64,000 bases of DNA from Paragordius varius (Eukaryota > Animalia > Nematomorpha), in contig OZ176053.1 of assembly GCA_964247055.1 (NCBI GenBank), forward strand, positions 1,364,001 to 1,428,000. The letters are read 5' to 3'. The number at the start of each line of letters is the position of its first letter. Position 1 is the stretch's first letter. The translations under genes were made by a program, and so were the position numbers. A model generated the notes under the pieces. The model had not been told where the DNA came from. It did not search any database and saw only the letters and a list, made by a program, of their open reading frames with translations. Below are positions 26,521 to 38,700 of the stretch, one piece after another.

Positions 26521-27839
26521 AGATCTCATAATGTGGCCGAAATAGGATAGTTTTTGTCGTATTAGGCTGCCCAGTAGTTACAGTTTCGGATTAATTCTTT
26601 TATAAAATAATCCCAGTATAGGTAGTAATATTCTTTTATTTATATTAACCTTTGAATTAAAAGACAAACAAATTTAATGAGGCTATTTTAAGTAAACCTG
26701 TAAGGACGGCCATCCTCTATATAAAATACACCTATCATATAAAAATAACTTTGCTGATACATTTGAATAAGCTATGAGGCCATCAAAATCAATTATGTTT
26801 TATTTTGCTAAAAATAAAAAAAATAATCCAGAGATTTTTTATATTTAGCTGCTATGCTAATTTACTCCCTCTAAAATACGCCAACATGGACAATACGTCA
26901 AAGCTTATTTTTAAAAAACCTACGAGATCGTATAGATTCAATCATGATTTTAGGTTTTTCCGAATTATGATAAAATTTAACCTCCGGTTAGGGCCTCTCC
27001 CTATGTTAAACACACCCTCATCCATGAATAATGCGGCTTCCAACCAACTTATTAAAAAACCTATGATAACTTTAATATATGTCACCATTTAATTTTTTCT
27101 CGTTCATAGCGATTTAAAATAAAATTATATATATATATATATATATATGCATAGTGTTCCCTTAGTAACAACTTTCCGGAAAACTTGTAATTAAGTAAAT
27201 GTTTATTTCTATTCGGGCTTTTCTTTGAATTGGCTGCTGAGTGTGACGGCTAACATACGTTTTTTGCAAAAAAAAGTAATTCACTAAAAATATTTGTTTA
27301 ACTAATTTATTAAGAAGAGAATATGAAGTAAAGTCATTATATATTTATCTAATGAAAATTATAATTAGACTCATCAGCCCTTTTTTATTATTCTTTTAAA
27401 AGAGCACCACCCACCCAAAATATGCGCTTATTTTCACAATATCGAGTCTATTGAGCATTATTCGAAGGAAGTTATAGTTCCATTCAAAATTCAATTATAT
27501 AGCTTTATACATTTCTTTAAATTAATCTATTCTGGTGAAACTATTGTAATAAGCGTCTGATTCCGAACCCTTAAAATACCACGGTAGCAAATTTATAACC
27601 ATTATTTGTCGCAAGTTACTCTCATAGTAGAAAAAACCGTAGAAGTCTTATATATTATATTGTCCATGTTGAGATATGAGTATTCATCAATACGTCATCA
27701 ATATAATTTAAGTTGGGAGATTATTAAATTTATTATAGATTGTTTACTAGCAACGAATGGAAAAAGCACAGTTGGTAAAAAAAATTTGTTATCTTTTTCA
27801 TTTGTCCCAATTTAGCAAAAAAATTTTAATTATATTTGG

Positions 27840-28530
27840 ACAGCAAGATGTTATTATTCAAAAATAATTTGCCAATTGTAAAATAAAAATACTATTTACT
27901 ATGCAGACGATACGGTTATCTTCACAGACAATCCAAAGTTATTAACTCTCATATTACAACATTTTGGAAATGAATGTTAAAAATATGGGCTACACATTAA
28001 TCTATCGAATACAAAGATAATAAAAATTAACCTGAAAGTTCCACATATCTCGGGAGCTTAATATACCTGATGATAATTGGACTCTCGAGATAAATAGAGG
28101 ATAGCTATGGCCAAAACGGCCACAAATAATTATTGAGCATCCCATGGTGTCAGTTTAAAAACAAAAATTTGACTTACAAATGCAATATTACCCAACCTTT
28201 ACAAGTGTGAAATTTGGACCTAAAAAAATCCGTCCTACCAATAATAAATTCCTTTGAACTCTGGATATGGAAAAAATTTCCCGAGTCATTGCATGGAATG
28301 TCCATCCTCACCAAACTATCCTACTTTGGCACATTAAGAAATCTAACACTGGAAAAATCTTGGATGTTGGAAAAAGTTAGTGATACACGTAAAAGGGGCC
28401 GAAGAAGGACAAGCTGGATGGACAATATTCTACAAGAACCCATGCATCCTTGGCAGAACTCAACATTAAAACTAAATATAAATCTATGGAGAAGTTTTAT
28501 AAATAATAAAAGTCGACCTCGACCGTAAAA
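27840..28530 (+). mobile_element. Degenerate RTE-clade LINE (RT YADD motif to C-terminus)
   Basis: YADDTVIFTDN at 27900-27932, then WTLKK/FELWIWKK, LSYFG, LEKSWMLEKVSDTRKRGRRRTSWMDNI; frameshifted. Confidence 0.85.
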
Positions 28531-29011
28531 CAAACGCACAAAGCTTTTTGTACAATATAATTCTTCAAACAACACGAATGGGTTATGTGCCTCAATTTTA
28601 CCCGCCGTGATATAGGTGGGCGGTGCAAATCTATTATAGAAGCCAATGATTTAACTAATTTAAACTTAAAACAACGTATATTTAAATGACTTTACCACTT
28701 ATTCTGGTTTATTACTTATTAAAATTTCTAATCAGTTTTAAAATAATATTTGAAAAATAAAAAATTTTCCATTAATTTTTTTACAAAAACGATCTGAGTT
28801 GGATAGGTATGGATATAAAAATACATCTTTTTCCAAAACATAAAAGCTAAGTACACACACCTTGAATAATTAGAATATCAGATTGACTATAAGAACACAG
28901 AAATAGTGAATTCAATATATATGGATTTTACGATTTATTGTTAAAAATTACACAAATAGAGTTAAATATGCTTTAAAAACAATGCATCTGTGTGTGTGTC
29001 TTGTAAATAAT

Positions 29012-29530
29012 TTATCCAAAAAACGGTGGTCTGAAGAATGGAAATCCGCCGAATCCAGGAAATCCAAAACCGGGAAAGCCAAAGCCTGGGAAACCGGGTC
29101 TGAAACCAAATCCGGGGAATCCGCCAAAACCGGGTCTAAATGGAAATCGTCCTGGTAAAAATCGAGCTTCACCTTGAGAAACCAACAGTATCGTTGCAAT
29201 AACCTATATTAAGAGAATAAAAATTTATATGAGATACTTTGCATTAAATATTGAAACAAAAACATAAAGTCAAAACTATTGAAACGATTCTTAAAAATAG
29301 ATTATTTTTTTTAAACCATTGGTTTGGGGCGAAATAAGTATTATAAAAGGTAAATTATTTATACTGTAAGAAAAACCCAAGGTTTAAAAGAGTATGGTTG
29401 CATTTTAAAAAAAAATTTAACGTTTAATTTACCATTTGCTTGTATTTATATTTTGATTATATATATAAATATAGAAATAATATAAGATTACTAATAAGGC
29501 TAAAAGATTAAAGTTTTGAGTAAATGCCAT
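29012..29530 (-). CDS. Secreted Phe/Gly/Pro/Arg-rich peptide precursor, copy 2 (76 aa)
   Basis: Exon 1 29530-29492 (MAFTQNFNLLALL), intron 29491-29204, exon 2 29203-29012 (VIATILLVSQGEA plus a 50-aa mature peptide identical to copy 1). Confidence 0.88.
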
Positions 29531-31049
29531 GATATGTGATTTGCACTGAGATCGGGATTTTAAAAGAAATAGTTGGAATAATTGATGTAAAAAATTTATG
29601 AATAAATATGTTAAAAATATGGGCTATTTATACCTTTTTTGTAATACCTATATCAATCGCAAAACCCTCTCAAGTAATAAAAAATATGGTTTAATTGATA
29701 CTGATTATATAATTGTATTACATAGTATCTCTAAAATCAAACAATTAATCCACAATCAATTACACTTATATTTATTTTGTTTTTTTCTTATTATAGGGTT
29801 CGTTATTTGTACATTGAAATATTGTGATTGGTTCAAGATAGATAAGTAATTTATTAATCTTGTTTTGAGTATGTTTCTAGCAAATTTTCTACAATAAAAC
29901 CTATTAGATTTGTTAATAAATTTAGATATATGTAATCACTGTCCGCGAATAGTAGGACTTACTTAAAGTATAAATAAATAGATGAAAGATATTTTAATGC
30001 TTTATTGAAGGTATAAATGTATTGTTTAATTTTTTTAGAAATTTAACTATTAAATATGCTGCAATATTAAATTACATAAAAAGGACACGTGAATCCGCTT
30101 CAAAATAAAAGAGTTTAGACATATTCTTAATAATATTTCGTTCAAATTCACCCTTAAACAATTGAAAATCGCCCTAAAAATAAATTATGCATTTTTAAGA
30201 TTAAAAACTACCTATATTTATTAATATTTTTTTATAAGAATTACGTTTAAATTTTATATATTAATGAAAAATTAATGCTATGTATGAAGATATACATATA
30301 TATATATATGTATATATATATATGATGAGTTATGATAGCCCGAAAACACATAATTTATTTTTAGGGTTAATTTGAATGTAAATGGTACATATATAATCTG
30401 TACATTTTTTTTAATTGGGTAGCAATTTTATTAAATCTTTATTGCGACATGTACAAACTAATATAAAATCTGAACCGAAAATGAATTATAATGTAAACTG
30501 GTTTTACTGCTCAACTTGAGGTTCTTTGAGAAGAGTTTGAAAACGTATATATCTTTTGATTTGGAAAACTTCAAATCTTTAGGTTTAGAACAAGGGTTGT
30601 CAAGACGAATGACTGCCATGCTCCCTTGATTATTGCATTCTTTTTCTTATTTAGTTAACTCAATTTGTAATTTGGGGGAATAGCAAAATTAAAAATCAAA
30701 ATTCATTCGTTTTTTATAATTCATCGAAAAAATTTTGCAAACACCACAAAAAAATATTGAAAAAGGATATCCCTTGTTATCCGCTTTGTTTTACAATGAA
30801 ACATATCTTAATTTTATTGTTTATTCTCTAAAATTAAAAGTTTTATAATTTCATGTGATAAACAGTGTTAGTGGTTTAATAATGAAGCAATATTTAATAA
30901 GTAAAGTATTTTCCATTTTAGAATATCATTTTACTCAATAGTTAGGTTTGATTATCGGTCTGAATGCTTATTAATGCAGTTAACAGTCGTTAACAGCTAT
31001 TTATTATCATAAATACCTATCTTTTAATAAATGTTGTGGGGTTAAACCG

Positions 31050-31390
31050 GCTGAAAAATGAGTCTGATATCTAGCTTAGTCGTGGGATTTTAAAAAATTT
31101 GTCTCAAAACCACCATTCGATGGTGGAGCATTATTTCAAGACATGGGCCCAATTAAGGGGTATTAAAAACCGCTCAATTTTTTGTGTTTTTGTGGGTAAT
31201 ATTTCAGGCCCTTATTAAACTTATATAGTCGAGGTCTAAAATTTGCCTCCGAATCGATATAAATATGCAGTAGGCTAGTAGCCCCCTTTCCAGAGGCCAA
31301 TTAGAAGTCGTTCAATAAATTTTTTGCCTTTATAGAGGAAAACCTGGAATCATCATTCATTCCTTATGTTCTTACTCCGGTTTTCCGGCA
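31050..31390 (-). repeat. Short block of the ~160-bp satellite family
   Basis: Contains aaatttttttgcctttatagaggaaaacctggaatcatcattcattcc and gggtaatatttcaggcccttattaaact, as in the 32390-34060 array. Confidence 0.65.
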
Positions 31391-32389
31391 ACAGATCACA
31401 GAGCCAGCGTTTATTTTTATAATTATATAGATTATAATATAATATATAAAAAAATATAAAACGTGTCCATGTTTATGTGGGTTTTTTTCTTATTTTCTTA
31501 CGTGGAATGGTAAATATATCTTAAAACATTATGTTAATTTTAGGCTAAGGTTTTTAATATTTTAATGGATAAAACAACCCTTAAAAATAACCCGTCGGAT
31601 AATTTGTCGGCTTGTGCTATGATGGATGTTGGGGTAAAGGTGTGCCCCGTATTTTTGGAGGAAACATTACAGATTATCATGTTGCTTGATCAAGGTGACA
31701 AAAGGCATTGGATCACCGATTAAATTAAAGCCAGGAAAAAAATGTATATGCCTTAATTACAACAATACATCTAAAAAATTAATATTTGCAAAAAGTACAG
31801 GGCAGGCTTTCGCCCCTTATCCATTATAGCACGAGTTTACAATTTATTCGACAGGTTAGAGGCTTGTTTCCATTCAAATGGTAAAAATCTTATAAAGAGA
31901 AGAGAAGAAAGAATTAAATGTGACCAAAACATTCCTAAAAAATAGATTATTTCAAGATATTTATAATTCCAGTTAGAAAATTCATGGACATTAACATATT
32001 TTATATTTTTTCATCATAATTTACACTAGCCCTGTGACGCTTCACTGTGACGTAGTCTCACCAATTATTTTTAATAATTTGCTAAATATAGAAGTAATGG
32101 AGATAAAAAAATAATAAAAAACATATTTAATAAAAAGAATGTTTTTAATTAATATTATTTTACGGGTTTTTGCCTAAAATATTGACTCGATATTGACCAT
32201 ATTAAAACTGTCCCTTATTAAATTTGATATTCAACTATTATTCAGATTTTACCTCGTTTACGAAATCATGGTCAAAAGTGTTATTTTGAAAATGTGTCCA
32301 CTCAACTCGGATTAAAGGATATAAAAAGTAAATTATTTGTGGTTTTTTTTAAAGGAAAGAATGATATTATACCAATTCCCTAGAAATGT

Positions 32390-34060
32390 GTTTAACTGAA
32401 CTCGTATGGCTTCTTATGTTTTTTGAAAATCAGCCCCAAAACCACGCCATTTTTGTATGGCGTCTCAGTTTTAAACCGGTAGACCCCTACCCGTAGACCT
32501 AAATGGAAAAAGCGCTGAGTTATTTTTTGCCTTTATAAGGCAAATATTTGGAATCATCTTTGATACCATCGTCTCATGGGTTATTCAAAATATACCTTAA
32601 CACTAAAAAATCATAATTAGGGCAGGGCTAAAATTAACGGCTAATAAGAAAACGCCTAACCTTTTCACCTTGTTACGGCCAATACAATTTAATGAGCTCA
32701 TATGGCTTCATTCTGTAAATTAGCTTCAAAACTACGCAATTACTGGCGCAGTTTTGGGCGGGCAGCTCCTTATCCAAGGGCAGGTATGAACAGCGTTGGG
32801 CAAAATGTTTGCCTTTATATAGGGATTATCTGAAATTATCATGGATTCCATACGCTCCTATCAGTATAGGTTTTCTTAAATTTGGCTCCAAAGACATGGC
32901 GTATCGATATGGTGACGCAGTTTTAGGCGGATAGTCCCCTAACCAGAGGCGTAACAAAAAAAACGCTTGATTACAATATTTCTGCCTTAATTCGGGTAAT
33001 ACCTGGAATCATGATTGATTCCATATCGTAAGATTTTCGAAAAATTGCCTCAAAACCAAAATATAGTTCTATGTGTAGCATTAGGGAAAGGGACTAATTA
33101 AGAGAATAAATAAAACCGCTCTACATAAATTTTTGCCTTTTACCGGTTATATTTCCACCCTTTATTGAACTTATAAGACCCAATATGTTTTCTAAAATTT
33201 GCCTCCAAAGTCTTGCTATATCGATGTAATGTCTTAGTTGTTGGATGGTAGCCCCCATCCAGAGGCCAATATATAAGAGACGTTCGATAAAATTTTTGCC
33301 TTTACAGGTAATGGCATCATCATACATCCCATATGTTCCTAATAGTGTTGGAAGAATGGCTTCAATAATTGAAAGTAGTTCAATGATAGCGCATTTTTCA
33401 GGGCGTAAAGAGCCCAATTAACGGCTAATTTAAATAAACTTCTTGACTTAAATTTTTGCCTTTTTAAGGGTAATATTTCACCATTATTAAACTCAGGCGT
33501 GAGAAGTTTTCTGGGAATTAACTCCTTAACAATGCAATTTCGATAACGCAGTTTTGGGCGGGTAGTTACCTACCAGAGGCTAATACAAAAAAGGGCTTGA
33601 TTAAATTTTTTGCTTTTTTACAGAGAAAACTTGGAAAAATTGCCTCTAATCTAATAAATCATTCAATAGTGGCGAATGTTTCAGGGCGTGAAGGGACCTA
33701 AAAATGCAAATTTAAAAAAACTGAAGAACTAAATTTTTGTCTTGTTAGGGGTAAATTTTAATCATCTATTGAACTCATATGACCTGATAAGTTTTTTGAA
33801 AGTCAGCCCCAAAGGGACGCTATTTCGATAGGACGGGGCAGTTTTTAGCTTCTCTTAGCAGCCAAAATAAAAGCACGACTATATTTTTTGCCTTTTATTA
33901 GGGAATACCTAAAATCCTCGTTGAATTGGGTCTCATACACTGGGCGAAACATTGATGAAAAAAATTATTTTTGTGGACTTAATTTTTTTGAAAAAATGGC
34001 ATTTTACGGAAGGAGCGGGTAAAAAGAGGGCCTAATTTTAAAATCCGGGCCTATGTTCTC
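32390..34060 (-). repeat. Degenerate tandem array, ~160-bp monomer, inverted relative to 45560-47330
   Basis: Recurring aaatttttgcctt motif; 33970-34040 is the reverse complement of 45565-45625, and 32390-32700 of about 46970-47260. Confidence 0.8.
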
Positions 34061-34409
34061 TCAAGTATAATTTCTTTTAGGGTGAATTAATATTGTTGAA
34101 GGATGATTTGAAGTGTAAATGCTACACTTTGTTTTTATCATAAACCGCTATTTCAAATCTCCAAATTATAAGCTTTTAAATATATCTTTTTTGTCCACCA
34201 TATATGGAACTACGATCGTCATATTTAAATAATAAACTAACCTACAATATCTTAACTTTAAAAAAAGACATTATGATAACAAATATATATTATATATGGG
34301 CTTTACGATTTATTGTTAAAAATTACACAAATATAGTAGATAATAATATGCTTGGAAACATAGAAAAATTGTGGTGTGCATGTGTGCATATGTATGTCTT
34401 GTAACAAAT

Positions 34410-34743
34410 TTATCCAAAAAACGGTGGTCTAAAAAATGGAAATCCGCCGATTCCGGGAAAACCGAAGCCAGGACCCCCAAAACCGGGAAAGCCAAAGCCT
34501 GGGAAACCGGGTCTGAAACCAAATCCGGGAAATCCGCCAAAACCGGGTCTAAATGGAAACCGTCCTGGTAAAAATCGAGCTTCACCTTGAGAAACCAAGC
34601 ATATCGTTGCAATAACCTATATATCAATTTAAGAGATAAAAATAAGAAATCATAGATATTAATACATTCGTAAAATCAATATTAAATTAAAATATAAAAA
34701 TTACCAATAGGGCGAGAATATTAAAGAATTGAGAAGATGCCAT
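34410..34743 (-). CDS. Secreted Phe/Gly/Pro/Arg-rich peptide precursor, copy 3 (81 aa)
   Basis: Exon 1 34743-34705 (MASSQFFNILALL), 88-nt intron, exon 2 34616-34410 (VIATICLVSQGEA-RFLPGRFPFRPGFGGFPGFGFRPGFPGFGFPGFGGPGFGFPGIGGFPFFRPPFFG*); one extra 15-nt repeat unit. Confidence 0.88.
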
Positions 34744-35749
34744 GATAATATAAGATTTGCACTGATAAAGTTTGAAGGTAATAAATACGGATGAAATAAA
34801 TTTAAAGATGAAAAAAATTTATAAGTAAAAACAATGTAAAAAGTCGGCTATTTATACTTTTTTTTCTTTGCAAAGTTGTATTATATATGAAATACCCTTT
34901 ATATATAATTTTTATAATTGATATTTGTTATCATTAATCGCATAATATTATATTTTTCTTAGAATTTATAAAACCATTGCCTACTTTAATCAATTACATT
35001 TCAATACTCATACTTACATTTTTTATAAGACTGTTGTCTCCTAGAAATAAATTTCCAAGAATTTTTTATTATGACATTTTGTGCGGGGTAAAAAAAACTT
35101 TTATTAAAACAACTTGTAAATCAATTATCCCCATTTAAAGCTTATTGTTTTGTGTAGCGACTTTACTAATAAAATAATAATATTATAAATATATTATTAT
35201 AAAAAGTTAAAATTAAGTTAATGAATTTTGGGTATAGATTATAGAGATGAGTTAAAAAAATAGGTCCTATAGGGGTAAGTTCTAATAAAATTTAGAATGT
35301 CCATAAAAATCAAATTCTATGATATTCTTCTACTTTCATTGTATTTCATATTTTTGTTGAATATCAATATATCAGCTGGTTTAAATTTGAAATTATTAAT
35401 CTTAATCAATAGCAAGTATATTTTTACAGCAAAACAATAAATATTATGCCGAAAAATTCGTGAATGCTTCACAAACTGGGCATAACATAAGTCGTAAGTT
35501 ATATAACTCATTTTATATATATATAAATAACTACAGTTACCAACTCAATAATACTACCTCTATTTCACTATTTTTTTACTTGGGTTTTGTATAAATATAT
35601 AGAATGTCCTAACATGTTCGTTATCGTTTAAGTTTAAACTGCATGAAAAACAAGTTTCAATAGGAATTTTGAACTGCGAAAATATTTCATAACATTATAT
35701 TCTATAAACATTGTTTAAGGCTTCTGTTTAATATATTTTTTCCGTTTAG

Positions 35750-38700
35750 AAATATCAATTATACGATCCTTTATTAATGGTGCTTTTATATGATCCTATT
35801 ATGTATAGTGGTAAGAAAGTAGTTGAATGAAAAATCAAATGTAATAAAATCTATTTGTAAACAAATAAAATAAGATTAATTTCTAATTTCGGAAATAATT
35901 TATAGCGGTATAATTTTAGGCCATTTTAAAAATTTCACGGTGATCTAACCCAAAGCTTCAATACTTGAATTTATAATAAAAATTTGAATGTGATACTTGA
36001 TTAAATTAAACTTACAATTTTAAACATTATCGCAAAATATAGTTTTCATTTTAATTCATATTTTTTATTGAAATTTAATAAATATAGCCTAAACCACCAT
36101 TCTAAATAGTATTATAATGCTTTAATTATGCCCATGAGAAGGGTTATTCTATTGATAGATGCGGTATAATTACAAAACCATTTTAATTAATATAGTTTTT
36201 TTGTATTAAATATAGCGTATTATCATTGAGGTACAAAATCGTTTGTCGTTTTAGGCGCCTCCTTTATATTTTGTCTGAAATTTAGATAAGTCCGTCCTCC
36301 TACTCCTTTGCCTAAGCGCCATTAACTAAGATTTCAATTTTAAATATTAATGCTTATACCTAAATGAATATTTCTATTATGGGCTAGTAATTATATCAAT
36401 ATTTCATTATTTTCAACATTGACTTTAGTAGAACAAAAAATTTACCAAACATTCATGGAAATTTATTTCACAAATAAGAGTCATATTAAAAAAAGAGACA
36501 TTGTATTTTCGGAACCCATTAAGAGATCAAACTATATGTACGTATATTGAATTTAAAGCCAAAAAATTAAGCCAGCCATGTGACTTCAATGAACAATGCC
36601 AAGCTTTTAATAAAGATACTATTTGCGATTGGAAGATTGGTAATTTATGCGCTTGTTCAGACAACTTTTACATTAAACAAGAACCAAATGAAAGCACATC
36701 CCAGTGTGTTAAAAGTATTTTTTTCTCTTACCAAAAAAAATATATGCTAAAATTATTTTTTAGCGATACTTAATCTTTTATGTGATCATTATTCACCATT
36801 AGAATTGCTTCTAGAGACTAAATGTGATATAAATCAAAATTGTCAATCCGGTGTTTGCGACAATACACTCAAAACATGTCAATGCCCTGATTTTACTTAT
36901 CCAATTTCTGATGAATGTGTTTCAAGTACACCAATTTTTACCCCCAAAATAAATTGATATCAAATTTATATAAATATATAATTATACAGTTTAGAGTCTC
37001 TTTTTCTTTTTTTATTAGGGTAAGGACTTAAAATATATCTGATCTTGTGAGGCTTTAACACTCGCCTGCCTGCCCAGGGCTGACAGTTATGATTAAGGTG
37101 ACCAGACGTCCCGCTTTTGGCGGGACAGTCCCGCTTTTTCTCACTTTGTCCCGCGTCCCGCTACGTTTTTAAATGTCCCGCTTTTTCAAGATTATATAAA
37201 AAATAATTTTTTTTAATACATTTAAATTTTTTATTAAAAATTTATTTTTTTTATTCGTTTAAATTTTTTATCATTAGTTATCTTTAAAATCTATATCAAT
37301 TTTAAATAACAATTTTTTATTATTTTTTTCAAATTTATATCATGTGATTATACACTTTGCTTCCTACTCTTACTACCAACATTATCAAAAAGACTAATTA
37401 ATACCACAAATCGGTAGCTTATATAACTTCATAAAATTAAGGTAGTAAAATATATTTTTATACTAATATTTTAGTTATATTACCTGCCAATCTTATCAAA
37501 AAGACAAATTAATACCAAAAATCGGTAGCTTATACGTTTATTCCAGAAAACTACGGTTATATTTTTTAAACTAATATTAGTAAAAAAATATGAGTACAAA
37601 AACAGGTTACTAATTCAACAATGAATTAATCAAAGAATTTTCTTTAACGAAAATGAATCATTTATTAAATGTTCTTTATGCGAGGGGGAATTCACCCTAG
37701 CACATGGCGGCAAGCGTGATATTACAAAGCATATGAAAACATAGAAACCTAAAAATTGTTTAGATGTGGCATCATCATCATCTTACAAAATGAGTGATTT
37801 TTATCGAAAAACCGCTTTTGGAGATGAAGAAAAAAATTTGGCACTAGCCGAAGGCGTTTTATCTTTTCACGTGGTTAATCACAACCATTCCTTTAGTTCT
37901 ATGGATTGTACCTCACAGATTATTCGTACCTTATTCAATAAAAAATTTACATGTGCCCGTACAAAGGCTGAAGTCATTGTATGCAATGTCCTTTAGCCAC
38001 ATGCATTTTCTGAAATATAAAAGATTTGCTAATTAATTTCATATCGCTATACTCTGCTGCATCAAATCACATGGAAACAAAATTATTTCCCACTTTAATA
38101 AGATATTTTTATCCAGAAACCGGAGTAAAAATTAAATTTAGTTCTATTTCCCTCGGTGAAAATTCCGACATAATTTTTACTTCAATAATGAATATTCTAG
38201 AAAAAAATAATTTAAAAAACAAAATCATCGCATATTGCGCTGACGACACCAATACGAACTTAGGTGGAAAAGCAAGGAGGGAAACAAAAAATATTTTTTA
38301 ATAAATTAGCAGATAATTTTAATCAAAACTTTATTGGCGCTGGGTGTGATATTACACAATGCTATTCAAACAGCTGCTGATTTGATATTTCTAGATATGG
38401 AAAATGTAGTTGTTAAAATACATTCCTATTTTTATATATATACGGTACGCGTTGAAACGCTTAAGGGAATTCTGTGAAAATGCAGAAGTTTATTATCAAA
38501 AAATGCTTGGATATTGTAAAACTCGTTGGTTAGTTCTTCTGCCAGCTATTGAGAAAAATTTTAAAAATATGATCCTTTAAAATCCTATTTTTTATCACAG
38601 GACGAATCTCCTACAACTTTCGAAAAGTTTTTTGAAAGTGATTCTTCAAAAATATAGTTATTCCTACATAATCAAGCTTCTCTCTTTCAAAATGTTATTC

